NCBI GenBank assembly: GCA_900088475.1
Contig: FLMG01002958.1
Location: forward strand, 1-44,048
DNA: 44,048 nt
Reading direction: 5' to 3'
Source: Hyphochytrium catenoides
Taxonomy: Eukaryota; Protista; Hyphochytriomycota
Part shown: positions 1-17,945 of the stretch, piece by piece
Layout: every line of letters starts with the position of its first letter
Numbering within the stretch: position 1 is the first letter of the stretch
Notes under the pieces: model-generated
Database searches by the model: none
The model's input: only the letters and a program-made list of their open reading frames with translations
What the model was told of the DNA's origin: nothing
Position numbers and translations under genes: made by a program

Positions 1-357
1 AGAGAGAGAGAAAGGGGACGATTCCAATTTTGTTTCTAGGCTGCCCCACCCACTCAAACGCACAGTGCTTCTCAGTCAGACCCACCTGTAATTCTCGTTT
101 ATCTAATCAATTATTAGCCTTATCTTACCCACACACCTCTACTCTCCCTCACACTCTCCGCTGCCTCCCCACCCATCCTGGCCACTGGCCCGGCTATCTT
201 GTGTCCTGCTCTCTGTCTCATTAATTACATCTCACATCTCACACACCCACAGTATCCCTCCAGCCCCTCCCTTCATCCACCCGCGCTCTGTCTCGTCTCC
301 CTCGCTCTTTTGTTCTGTTTCTTGAGTTGCTACAGATAGAGAGATCCCCCTTTTTTC

Positions 358-443
358 CTCTCTCTCTCTCTCTCTCTCATCCTCCTTCTGCTCTCTCTCT
401 CTCTCNNNNNNNNNNNNNNNNNNNNNNNNNNNNNNNNTCTCTC

Positions 444-476
<33 letters not shown>

Positions 477-520
477 TTTCTTACGCTCGTGTGGCCTTCT
501 CTCTCTCTTCTCTCTCTTCC
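358..520. repeat. (CT)n microsatellite / polypyrimidine tract containing an assembly gap (N 406-437)
   Basis: Visible (TC)n runs on both sides of the N run; they generate the spurious SLSL/RERE ORFs. Confidence 0.95.
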
Positions 521-866
521 CATAGACCAACATCTGTTTGGCAGCACCGCTTGTGGAGCTTCATTGTGAGCTAGAAGCTCTGCAGTTTGTTAGGTGTTAG
601 TGGCGCCCTCGAGAGGCAGTGGACGGGCATTCTGAAGCACATTCTGAAGCCCTTGAAACCTCCTGATAACGGGCCCCACAGAGCACGACTGAGCTCCGCT
701 ACTGGACCTCGTGATTATTTCTTGAGCAGCAGCAGACCGGAGGAAGTTCCTAACATTGTCGACAGGCAGGAGAGAGAAAAGGGTGAAAGAGATAAGTCCT
801 CTGACATTCTGGCTCTGCCGCCTGGGCAGCTCCTCCGAAGGGAAAGACTCACCTTAGCAGAGCAAG

Positions 867-2707
867 ATGCAGGTCATCTTTCATATACTCAGTAAGTGAG
901 CGCCGATGGGTCAAACGTGTGCCTCTTAAGCTGGGACTACCTACTAACTTACTCTTCCAGCGATATTGATGGCGGCAGCGAGCGCTGTTCTTCTGACCTT
1001 CTCACTGGCCACGCCAGCTTGGACTACGCAATCGTATGAACACCCGGAGGTCAACGGCACAGCGATGCAGGGGTTCGGCTTGTTTCAGTTCCACTCAGAT
1101 CCTCCCCTTAGTATCCTGAATTGGGCACTATCAGTGAACAACACTATCTCCTACTCTGACTTCTGGTGAGTTAGCAGGGACGGGACTGGACTGAAGAGAC
1201 CTCATCTCACCTTCACCGCCCGCAGGAACTCTCCTCCTTTTTCTCTCTCTCTTTTCTCTCCTTTTCTTCCTTCATCTCTTTTTCTTTAGACGCCCGCTCC
1301 CTCTCTGGGTGTGTATCACTCCTTCCCTGGTCAGGTGCCTCCATAGCGAGAATCCCACCTTCGTCTCCTCTCAACTGTTCCTCCTCTCTATCAACTTTTC
1401 CCCAATTACTTCCTTCTCTGTCTTCGCTGACGACTGCAGTCGGTCTGGTTGCATGGAGGAGGTCGCGGCTCCTTGTCGTCTCTCTTTTTCTCTCTTCTTC
1501 TCTACTTACACCCTCCAACCTTTTTTGCGCCTTATTGCTCCGCCTCAATAGCAAGGTACAGAATCTGGATCCGAAGGTGGAGAAGGCAGTTTGTGGCACT
1601 ATGGTGAAGCTCGCAGCTGCACTGTACGTCATCGCTGCAGCTGTCGCTGCCGTCGTTCTAGTCTGCGCCATTGTTGCCGCTTGTCGGCCAATGCCTGGGT
1701 GGCCTGAAAGGATTATCAATTGGTTCACCTTTCTAGCAGGTGAGTAGTGTAGGAGGGTAAAGAACTGGCGTAGATGACCTAAAGAGTCAAATGCGGCCGT
1801 AGTTAGGGGAACAATCTGAAGAGAGACAAAGGAAATGCTCAGGCGTGGGATAGTGCTGTTGTCGTCAAATTAAGGCTTAAAAGGGACAGACAACCAGGGA
1901 AGACAGACTCTAGCGTCATGGGTATCCGCCTCTCTTCTTAGGGCTGGAGCGGGAGGCAATAGATGGTGGTAAAACCAGGCTTGGATTATTAGGCACAATC
2001 TAGCGCTCTAACCTGTGGCATCGGCCTAGGTCTCCTCATCGTGGGAGTCCTTATGATTTGGGCTCTTAGCATACAGGACAACCTACTGAACTCTCAGCTC
2101 TTGAACCCCGAGTATTCGGCCTGCAAAGGAGGCAAGGTTGTTCCTGGATGGAAGTGCTGGTTCTATGGCTATTGTTATTGGATAGGACTCGCAGCTGCTG
2201 TAGCCCTCGCGCTGACTGGCTCTATGAGCTCTTGCGCTGTCTCTCAGAAGGTAAGACCCGCAGTAAGAGTAGGACGCTCGCACAAGAAGTTGGAATGAGA
2301 GGGACGTTAGTTAGAAGAGGATGCTGACAGAAGAGAGGCTGCGTGGCTTAGTGTCTTCCTCATCTCTGGCAGTACAAGAAGGCAAGTCGGGCAGAGGAAG
2401 AGGCTATTGCAGCAGCTGTCATGGCCAGTACAGTTGGCGAGGGTCGGCCTGTGGAGCAGGGTACAAGCTACCAGGCTTACCCTCCGGTTGGCCGAAATAA
2501 TGGTAGGCTTTTCTACGGTTTCCGTCATCATCTACGGCTGCACGCTGTACTGTCTTCGCTATCTTATCAGTCATCTTTGTACCCTCCCGATGTATCATCC
2601 GTGCCGTTGGCCCATGAAATGGTGTCCCTCTTAGTCCTCTGCTCTTTTGGCACCGGTCTCAATCTAACATTCGCTTTTAAGCAGGATATAGAGCGAACCA
2701 AGTGTAG
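867..2707 (+). CDS. Four-TM claudin/PMP22/amastin-like membrane protein (6 exons)
   Basis: Phase-consistent GT-AG model: 867-891, 961-1165, ~1552-1739, ~2030-2250, ~2373-2502, 2685-2707. Protein MQVIFHILTILMAAASAVLLTFSLATPAW...QGFGLFQF...DFCK...VCGT...(TM2, TM3)...WFYGYCYWIGLAAAVALAL...GYRANQV*. TM1-W-(x)n-GLF-C..C and YG-x-x-(F/Y) before TM4 are claudin-superfamily hallmarks. Confidence 0.7.
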
Positions 2708-2989
2708 AATAGATAGATGAACAGCCTCGAGCCATCAGACTTCAGAAGCCTTTAAATATTGTTCTATTTTCCCTCTTCTTAAACATCAGCGAGATGATCT
2801 CTTCCTTGTTATCCCAGCTAGACTTAAACACATAACAGGGACTGCATCCTTCCATCATTCAGCTCTAACGCATCCTGTGTGTCTAATTTAGAGCAAAGTA
2901 AGAGCCCTTCAGATTGATGATGAGTCTATGATCAGAACTGAAGGGTGTCAGGGAAGAGGAGATAGTCTTGCCGCTCGCGTCCAGGAGCT

Positions 2990-3902
2990 TTACTCTTCAG
3001 GGTGGACGAGCTGGGTGCCCAGCTCTCCGATGTCCATGCTGATCAGCTCCATTAAGGACTTAATGCGCTCGCCATCGAACTTCGTCAGCATCACTACGGG
3101 AATGGAGACATCCCTCCAGCCTTCAGCGATGTCTCCTTCAGCAAAATAGCCGCGACTCTTGGAGCCAAGGAGTCCGCAATCAAACTTCCCCTTGCAGAGT
3201 CCATTATCTACTAGGATGACGGCAATAGCTCCAGCCTGAAAAAGTAGGCCAAACATAGTTTTCCAAACAAAGGCAGACCCATTTTAAAATCAGAACTGAG
3301 GACGGGAAAAGGTGATGACAGACTTACCTCTTGCGCGCGAAGCACCTTGGTCACTATGGCAACCTGTTCGCCATGGTAGAGTATGTTACTTCGATTTGTA
3401 AGGTTCGACACTTGTCTTTCTTACCTCTCCGCGATCTATAAGCGCTATACTTCCCTTGATGTCAGCGTCATTCATAATGCGACTCCTTGCATCATTAGGC
3501 ACGGTGTATATGACGTCTGCGGACAGAGAGTTGGTCATATCTCATACCGGTAAAGGGGTCCTAGCGCAGAATAGACGCAGAAGGAGCTGCTTGCCAGATC
3601 TTATTACTTACTGCCAATAACGTGATAGTGTTTAGGACCAAAGTGCGCCTCCCAGGTCTCGGCTAAGGAGAGAGAGGTTAGGAGTTCTGCTCGGGAACAG
3701 AGGCGAACAGTTAAGCAGTACCGTAAGAGCCTTGCTGATCAGGGTTGTCACAATAATAGCAGAAGACGACTCCCTTATTGAACCGCAGGGACGCCTTCAC
3801 AGTCACTTTGCACTGTTGCTGAGCCTTGGTCTCCAGAACTGCCACGAGGAACAGGAGGGTAACGAATAGGCCGCAGCGCTTACGCCACTCACTAGGGGCC
3901 AT
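2990..3902 (-). CDS. Secreted stand-alone protease-associated (PA) domain protein (5 exons)
   Basis: Spliced model: signal-like GLFVTLLFLVAVL, then ETWEAHFGPKHY, NDADIKGSIALIDRGE-VAIVTKVLRAQE-AGAIAVILVDN and DVSIPVVMLTKFDGERIKSLM, matching PA-domain consensus (AxFG; IAL.RG...K...AQ.AGA.AVI..N; IP...I....G..L). Confidence 0.85.
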
Positions 3903-4667
3903 TGGTCCGATATACACTGAGCAGCGCTTGGTACATGGAGCATGTAGAGGAGTGATGCAGGCCCACTTCGAGCTATAGTTCTACCTGAGGCCCCCCAAAC
4001 TTCATCTTAGCAGCGCTCAGACTTGAGGTTACGCGCTGGCGCGCCATGAACCGTCCCGCTACCTGAACTGGATGCTCCAAGTATCCACCTCAAGCCCACC
4101 GTCTCACGAGGCCCTTACCAGCTCAGAGACAATGGACTGGAGCTAACCCAATGTGTCCGGCAGCCTGAAGGAGGCTCATCAACAATCATCATCATCGCCG
4201 TCTCGACGAGCATCCGTGTCATTCATTGCCCACACAAATCTTCACAATAAAATCATGTCCCTCACAACTCTTCAAAATTCACATTAAATTTACAGAATGT
4301 AACGGTGTGAAAATAGCTTCTACAATCTTGACATTCTTCTCTACTAGAATCGGCTAGTGCAAAAATGGCCATGCTACCTCTTTATTGACTTTGTGTGAAG
4401 ATTCGACTGGCAGGCTGCTATTGGCAATATCGAGAATAAGCCCATATACAGAGGTGGTTATTTAGAATGTAAACGACCAATTTGCGGATGGTTGGTCTCC
4501 AATCATCAGTTTGAGTTTCTGGCTTCTGATCTGCTGCGACTGGAGTCACGAGCAAACTCATCTCCGGAGCGCGCTGGCAGAGCTCAGTCATCGGCAAGTG
4601 CAGACCCGATCATCTCTTCTGTGAGCCACTTGAGAGCACAGCTTGCCATATAAATCGGGAAGGAAGG

Positions 4668-6964
4668 ATGTTGGTGCTCTTTGAAACCCCTGCGGGCCAT
4701 GCCCTTTTCAAGGTCCTCGATGAGGGCAAGCTGAAAGATGTTGACAACATCTACAAGGAGTTTGAGACGCCGGAAAAGGCGAATAAAATGTACGCCTTCC
4801 AGAAGAGCGTTATCTATACTGACACAAGAAGACTTAAAAGCTAAATCTGTAGGGTGAAGCTGAAAGCTTTTGACAGCTTTGAAGACACGACAACCGCTGT
4901 TGCCGCTGCCACGAGCATGATCGAGAGCAAAATTGGCAAGCAGCTGAAGAAGTTCTTGAAGAAGAGCCTGAAGGATTCTGACCTCAAGGATAAGGTAAAC
5001 CTCTCTCTCAGCACGGAGAAAGTCTGACCGTAGTCTTGCATGACTCCTCTTCTTCAATATTTTTATCTTTGACTCACTGACATTATTCCTACTGACATGC
5101 TGATGCCAGCTTGCGGTAACGGACAAAGCCATCGGCGGCCTTATCAAAGAGAAGGTTGGCATCCAATGTGTTCACGATAACGCTGTCATGGAGCTGTTTC
5201 GCGGCATCCGCTCCCAGATGACTTCTCTCATTTCGGGACTGGAGGAGAAGGATCTCAAGGCCATGACTCTTGGTCTCTCTCACTCCCTGGGGCGATACAA
5301 GCTTAAGTTCTCAGCAGATAAGGTGTGTGGGAGACGTCAAGAAAAGGAGAAACTGCTAAGTAGCTACAAGGCTGACTAACTCCTTTCTTCCTCTCCATCT
5401 GGGTCCGACTTTCTTGCCCTGTCTCTATTCAATTACAGGTTGACACTATGGTGGTACAGGCCATTGGCTTGTTGGATGAGCTGGATAAGGAGATCAACAC
5501 CTACGCGATGAGAGTTAGAGAGTGGTACGGATGGCACTTCCCTGAAATGGGGAAGGTGGTGCAAGACAACATTCAGTATGCCAAGGTTAGTTCCATGACC
5601 GGGCCTGATGTCTCAGGAGCGCCTCAATGAGTTATGGGGGCTTTTCGTGCCCAGATTCTGTCATCTACCCTCTCTAACACCTTTTTCACTTCTCATCTAC
5701 TCTTTCTCTTTCTTAGTGTGTGATGAAGATGGGTTTCAGAACCAACATCAAGAACCTTGACTTCTCTGACATCCTGGATGAGGATGTGGAGGCACAGATG
5801 AAGCAGGCTGCAGAGATCTCAATGGGAACTGAGATCAGCGAAGATGATATCAGCAATATCAAGTCCCTCTGCGAGCAAGTCATTTCTCTTACGGAGTACA
5901 GGCAAGTCACAATGTCTAACACTGCAAAATGGACGATGGGAATTCTATGATAGAGAAGAGGGCACATAGGATATATAACTGGTGGACACGGGCACATAAA
6001 CTGGAAGACATATAACCTAGATGCTAACTGTTCAACTCATTCTCCTTTCAGAACACAGCTGTTTGACTATCTGAAGAACAGAATGCAAGCTATTGCGCCA
6101 AACCTCACGGTCATGGTTGGGGAACTGGTTGGCGCGCGGCTAATTGCCCACGCAGGCTCTCTGATGAACCTCGCCAAGCACCCGGCTTCCACTGTACAAA
6201 TCTTGGGTGCCGAGAAAGCACTCTTCCGTGCGCTGAAGACTAAGCACGAGACTCCTAAATACGGTCTCATCTACCATGCCTCCGTTATTGGGCAAACTGC
6301 ACCAAAGAATAAAGGAAAAATCTCAAGAGTTCTGGCAGCCAAGACAGCCCTCGCCATCAGGTACCATCAGAGCAGAGTTGCCTCTTTGTCACTCATCCTC
6401 TACTTCCCTTTCAGTTGTCAGACCGTTGCCATCCTTAGTGATGATCCCTTTCACATTCTATCAACAATTGAATTCTTCGTGCTCACGGCTGCCTTCCTCT
6501 CGCACCAACACAGAGTGGACGCTCTTGGTGACTCCAAAGAGGCAACCATTGGGTACGATAACAGAGCAAAGGTGGAGGCAAGAATGAGACAGTTAGAGAC
6601 CGGAACCACTCTCAACCTGGGTGGCAAGGGCAAAGTAAACAAGGAGACGAAGAAGTACACTAAGGCAGAAGAGAACGGTGTTGGAGCATACAATGCCAAG
6701 GCTGACATCAACCTAAAGAGAAAGAAGGACGAAACTGAGGGAGAAGACGGAGATAGTAAATCAAAGAAGAAGCAGAAGAAGGAGAAGGTCGTTGAAGAGG
6801 TCGCGGAACCCGAAGAAAAGGTTGAAAAGAAGGAAAAGAAGGAGAAAAAGAAGAAGAAAGACAAAGAAAAGGTGGAAGCCGCTCCTGAACCTGCTGATGA
6901 GCCTGTACAGGAGAAGCCGAAGAAAGAAAAGAAGGAGAAGAAGAAGAAGAAGTCTGCGGAATAG
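4668..6964 (+). CDS. NOP58: Nucleolar protein 58, box C/D snoRNP core (7 exons)
   Basis: Exons 4668-4789, 4853-4994, 5110-5322, 5439-5585, 5717-5901, 6052-6360, 6514-6964. [16 protein letters not shown]-terminus, [56 protein letters not shown] and a KKE-repeat tail. Confidence 0.97.
5902..6051 (+). other. GC-AG intron (NOP58 intron 5)
   Basis: Donor AG|GCAAGT, branch-like GCTAAC, acceptor TTTCAG|. Splicing here restores the conserved [14 protein letters not shown]. Confidence 0.85.
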
Positions 6965-7218
6965 ACCTGCACTTTTCTGATTATACTATTAAATATCCAT
7001 GTAACCCCAACGTTCACAACATTGCAATCTCAACCTTCTCCCTCTGGGACGTCATTTGCACTCAAGAACCTCTGAGAAATTGTATACGGCCAGCGAATGA
7101 AGTTTGGCCAAGAGAGAAACTGAGGATTGGCCAGGTAGTTAGAGTGCTACGAAGCACTGTAAATGCTGGATTGGGCCAATACAATAGGACCTAGCCTTGT
7201 AGGTAAGAAAAGCAAAAC

Positions 7219-13728
<6,510 letters not shown>

Positions 13729-16542
13729 GGCTTTCGAGGCTTACCCCAGGCGCCCCAACTGCAATAGAATCGCAAGGAGCAGGGACTGTTGAAATATGCC
13801 TGATAGCCTATAATAGCTAGAAGTAGAAGTGATGTACCACAGCACTCAGCCTCAGTTACGACCCATTCAGTCCCAACGCCGGGCCTAAAAAGTGGTACTA
13901 TGCCAAGTTTACCGGGTTTTCAAGCGTCTTCGGAGTTGAAGAGTTTCTAAAACCAAAATCTCGTTAGACCTGGACTTCAACCCCTACCGTGTACTGCAAC
14001 AGGGCCAAATAAGAGTAGACCTTACGGCTTGATTGCAAGCAAATTGGGCGTACGGATAGAGCTCTCAAGTGGAGTTGTGGCGGCGACAGACTCACCCTCA
14101 AGACTCCCGGTACATCGTTCTGCAGGCTGTATGCTATTTAGTGCTTTTCAAGAGGCGTTGTCAGCCTTTGACCAGATTAAAGATCTGTGACGAGTTCACA
14201 GATAGGAGAAAACAGCGCTTATAAAGGCCCTGGCTCAAGCAAGAAGCTCAAGCAAGAAACTCATTTAGGCGGCCAGCGCAATTCCAAGGGGCAAGATATG
14301 GAGCTGTCCAGAGCTTCGTCTGCAGATGATTGATAGGGACGAGGACACGGTTATTATATTAGTAGGGCAGTGCTATCGGGTGGGACGATGATCCACTGGG
14401 AGAAAAGCCGCGGACGGAGTTGCTTTGTGGGGCGCACAACAGGAATGGTCTACGACAGGACTAATGAGACTTGTCTTGCGCTCTGTCTCGGTGTGACGCT
14501 TATAGATGTCGGCGTCCGACTATCTCGGGAACACTCTTCTTCGATGTCTCTTTTATTCAAGTTTACTATTCAATTCCCATAGTTCTAAGCCTTACGATAC
14601 TTGGAGTTTTTGCCACATGCCTCCTAAACTTACAGATGTTGATCCTTTCAGCCCCTACCCTATAAGTAGCAATTATGGATATCGGTACTTAATACTTGCT
14701 CTGTAGGGAGAGAAAGTCTCAGTCTCCAAAGCCAGTCAACCCCCAGAACAAGCAAGTGTCAGCAGTCATGAAGTGAAGTTCTTCTTTGGAAAGCCTTCAT
14801 CGACGCGATAGAAACTACCTGGGTGCGCCCATACAATTTGACAGCTAATAAAGGCCTTGCTCGGACGCGAATGACGAAGTCATTCACAAGCAAGCAGAAC
14901 GGATCCGGAGACCGACAAACCGCCCCGCCCCTCAACGCCAACCACCACCTGAATGTTCGGAGCGCGGGGAGGAAAAGGGACGGGAAGGGGCGGCTCAGCT
15001 GCATGGTGGCCAAGCGCCAGGAGCGCATCGTAACTTTGGCGGCACTCGCTCCATCCAGGAGGTCGTGCCCTGGGTGAGTGGTGGAGGGGGAATCCCGATA
15101 GCACGCAAACCTTTGTCCCTTGCCTCAGGTGTCAGGTGGTGGACTTCGCTCACCGAGAAAGTAGCACTCGGCGAGTTTCATTCTCCTGCCATCGACAGAG
15201 CATACTTTTGTTGGGTTGGCTTATTTGTGTGGGGGGACGGAGAGGGTAGTAGTAGTGGATAGGAGGAGAAGGGAGTTAGTCAAATCACCATTGCTTGCTT
15301 TGCCCATAAGGGAGGGCAGTAGTAGCGGGGTTGGGTCCTGGTACATTATCTGCTAGGCCAGGCTCTTATGGGTGCGTCAGCGATCTAGCTGCTTACTGTG
15401 TCTGATCTCTCTCCTCTTCTTTCTTAGCTCTCTTCGCTGTCTAGTCGGGTCGTTTGAGCCTTCGAATAATAGGGAATGATGGTGCCTTCTAGGACTCCAC
15501 TACATGGTCTAAGGTACATTCAAAACTCTTTTTTTATAAAGAAGATGTTGCTGTGTCGAACGCGTATTGTTATCTTCTTCTATGCTTGGTGGCAGCTGGT
15601 ATGGTGGTGGCCGGGAAAGAGGTCGCTTTGGCTGTTCTTCATGTGATCCGTATGTCCCTGATGAGAGAAGTATGGACATTCAAGCGCTAAATACCACGCC
15701 GTACAGGTATCGAGTTAGCAACTTATCAAAAGGCTGTGTAGGTCCTTACCTCCTTCCATGTAGGTAGTAGTCCATCTGATCCTCTGTCCACTCGGAAATC
15801 TCAAGCGCCGTAACGTGATTGAGTTCATCATTCGCAATGAGTGAGGCGTATTAGTTCCGATTCGTTCTACCATGTCAGAGACAGACTAGATAGGTTGAGT
15901 TCCTTGTTTCTTGTGGCAGACAACATTTTGCTACGTATCAGGACTTGGTGATACATGAAGGTTGACAGCTATTCCCTTAACCGTTTAGAAGCTTACATTG
16001 CGCGCCAACAGCGGGTCTGTGCCTGCCTCCTAACGCGCTAGTTCTTGACAATGTCGCTCTTTTTCCTGTCAGACATTGCGGTACCGCTGGAGGTACCTGC
16101 ACACTACTACTACGTTTGTTGTCTACTCCTTCCACGACGCTTTCGGGCCACGAGTTAAGAAATGGCAAGCTTGAGTAGTACGTAGGGAAGTTCTTGAAGA
16201 TTACTGAGAAAGACACGTGATATCTCGTAAAACTTGTCCACTCATTGGGGCTGTCGATGAGTCGAGCACCTCTGTACCACTCACCTCTGACATAGTAGGG
16301 TCGGAACTGGGAGGAGCGAGGAGGACGGGCTTAGCTGGGGATAAGCCAGAGGAAGAATCTAAGAAAGTGTGATCATTTTAACGAAACCCTGAAGAGCGAC
16401 CAAGCTATCTCTTGATCAAATCGTATTGCCGCAGCAGCAAACTCCATATGTTCACATTATACTAAGCGTCTAGGCCCCAGGTTTCTGGTTGGAATCCTGC
16501 ATGCTTGTACTATCTGTAGTGATAAAAGCTTTCGGCTGCGTC

Positions 16543-17945
16543 TTACTGCCCATTTTTTCTTTCTCCATGGGACGTGGTAATGAGGTTGCTTGTGACAATA
16601 TCTGCTTTCTGGCACTGCTTATCCTTGGCCGGCGATTCCCTTATCACTCTGTCCACAGCCCTGACTCTGCTCTTAAGAATGACACAGTCCTGCGGATGCT
16701 TGTACGCGGAGTAGATAATCTTTAGCTGAAGCATGAGCAGCGTGAGTCCGCGATTAAGGCAGAACTCTTTCAACGAGATGCTCCACCGTGTCATCCGCAA
16801 GTCATTTTCCAATAAAAGGCCTCTTGTGAAGTCGAGGCGGTAGGGACATTTGGACGGTAGTGTGTATAACAGAAAGAGAATGAAGGTAAAGAACAAGCAA
16901 TTGGAGACCAAAGCGACGTTGAACCAACGCTTTCTGGCTGAAACAGAGACGCTGTCGTAGAAAAGCGAGAACGTGGAGATGCCTATAAAGATGCAGGTGG
17001 ACGAGAGGAAGGCTGATGCAGAAGTGAAGCATCGACCACCCCAGAGGGCAAAACTGAAGAGGCAGGTCTCCGCTATAAAAAAGAGGGCATCAAAGGTCCA
17101 TAAGCTGTCATGAAGATTGTGAAGTTCATCATCGCCAAATTCTGCAGAGTTACGAAGGCAAGACAGGGTATGACAATGAGAGTACAGACCAGGAGGCGAG
17201 TGGTCTCTGTAAAGTCAACCCAGAAGATGGCTGCGGCAATACTTGTAACACCAGAGAGGAGAGCTATCCAGGTCACTATTTGGAGATATTTTTTCCAGCG
17301 AAACCAGCCTTCCACAAAATTCTGACCCAGTAGCTTCATCATCACCGTTGTCGAGCTCTCTTCTTCTGTTAGCTCACGATAAGGGTGGAGAGCAATGAGG
17401 GTCCGCCTCTTCTTTCCCCTTCGCTTTGCCTCAATCCTGATGTCCTCATGCCGTGCCCCTTTGCTATCTGCATTCATCACCTTAACGTTCTTGGTACGAG
17501 TGGCCACTCCTTGAGGCTCCACCTTTCTTGCCGAGGGCCAACAGCTTGAACTACGCTTAGTGCGCCGGACCCCGAGTGGAGATCGCACCGAAGTCGTTGT
17601 TGATGAAACGGGGTATGGAGAGGTGACCCAAGGGTCTGACTGGACCTCAGACATTGCTTCCCCTCCTCTACCAACAAGGAGCTGCTGGTCGACTGCATTC
17701 ACCTCCGTCAGCTGCTGTCTCATAATGTGCAGACTTTCTTCTATTTCTGTTTTTGTCTGGAGTAGATACTCCATCGCCGGGCTGCTGTTGAGCAGTGGCC
17801 GGCTCTTAAGGAAGAGTAGCAGGGGCTGACACAGACTAATCGCAATTGCATCAATCTCCTGCACCTGAAGAAGCTCCATTATCCAAGGAGCCCCTGCAGC
17901 GACCGAAAAAGGGTGATCACTACTTTGCAGGAGCGATATTTGCAA
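16543..17945 (-). pseudogene. Multi-pass membrane protein of unknown function with an apparent 1-nt frameshift at ~17102 (pseudogene or assembly error); 5' end uncertain
   Basis: ORF 17945-17073 (two TM segments) overlaps a second open frame running 17100-16543 (WTFDALFFIAETCLFSFALW...FYDSV...FTFILFLLY...YKHPQDCVILKSRV). One extra T joins them as FMTALWTFD. A probable upstream exon lies near 18170-18065. Confidence 0.65.

Noticed and set aside
1213-1728. 171-aa minus-strand ORF
   Set aside because: Antisense of a pyrimidine-rich intron and an Ala-rich exon of the tetraspan gene.
4995-6513. Intronic box C/D snoRNAs in NOP58 (a common host gene)
   Set aside because: Intron 6 has a box C-like GTGATGA (~6438) but no downstream CTGA, and intron 2 has CTGA copies but no proper box C. 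A covariance-model search (Rfam, snoscan) would be needed.
4584-7017. Long antisense ORFs (4584-5162, 6451-7017)
   Set aside because: Antisense shadows of NOP58 exons and its KKE tail.
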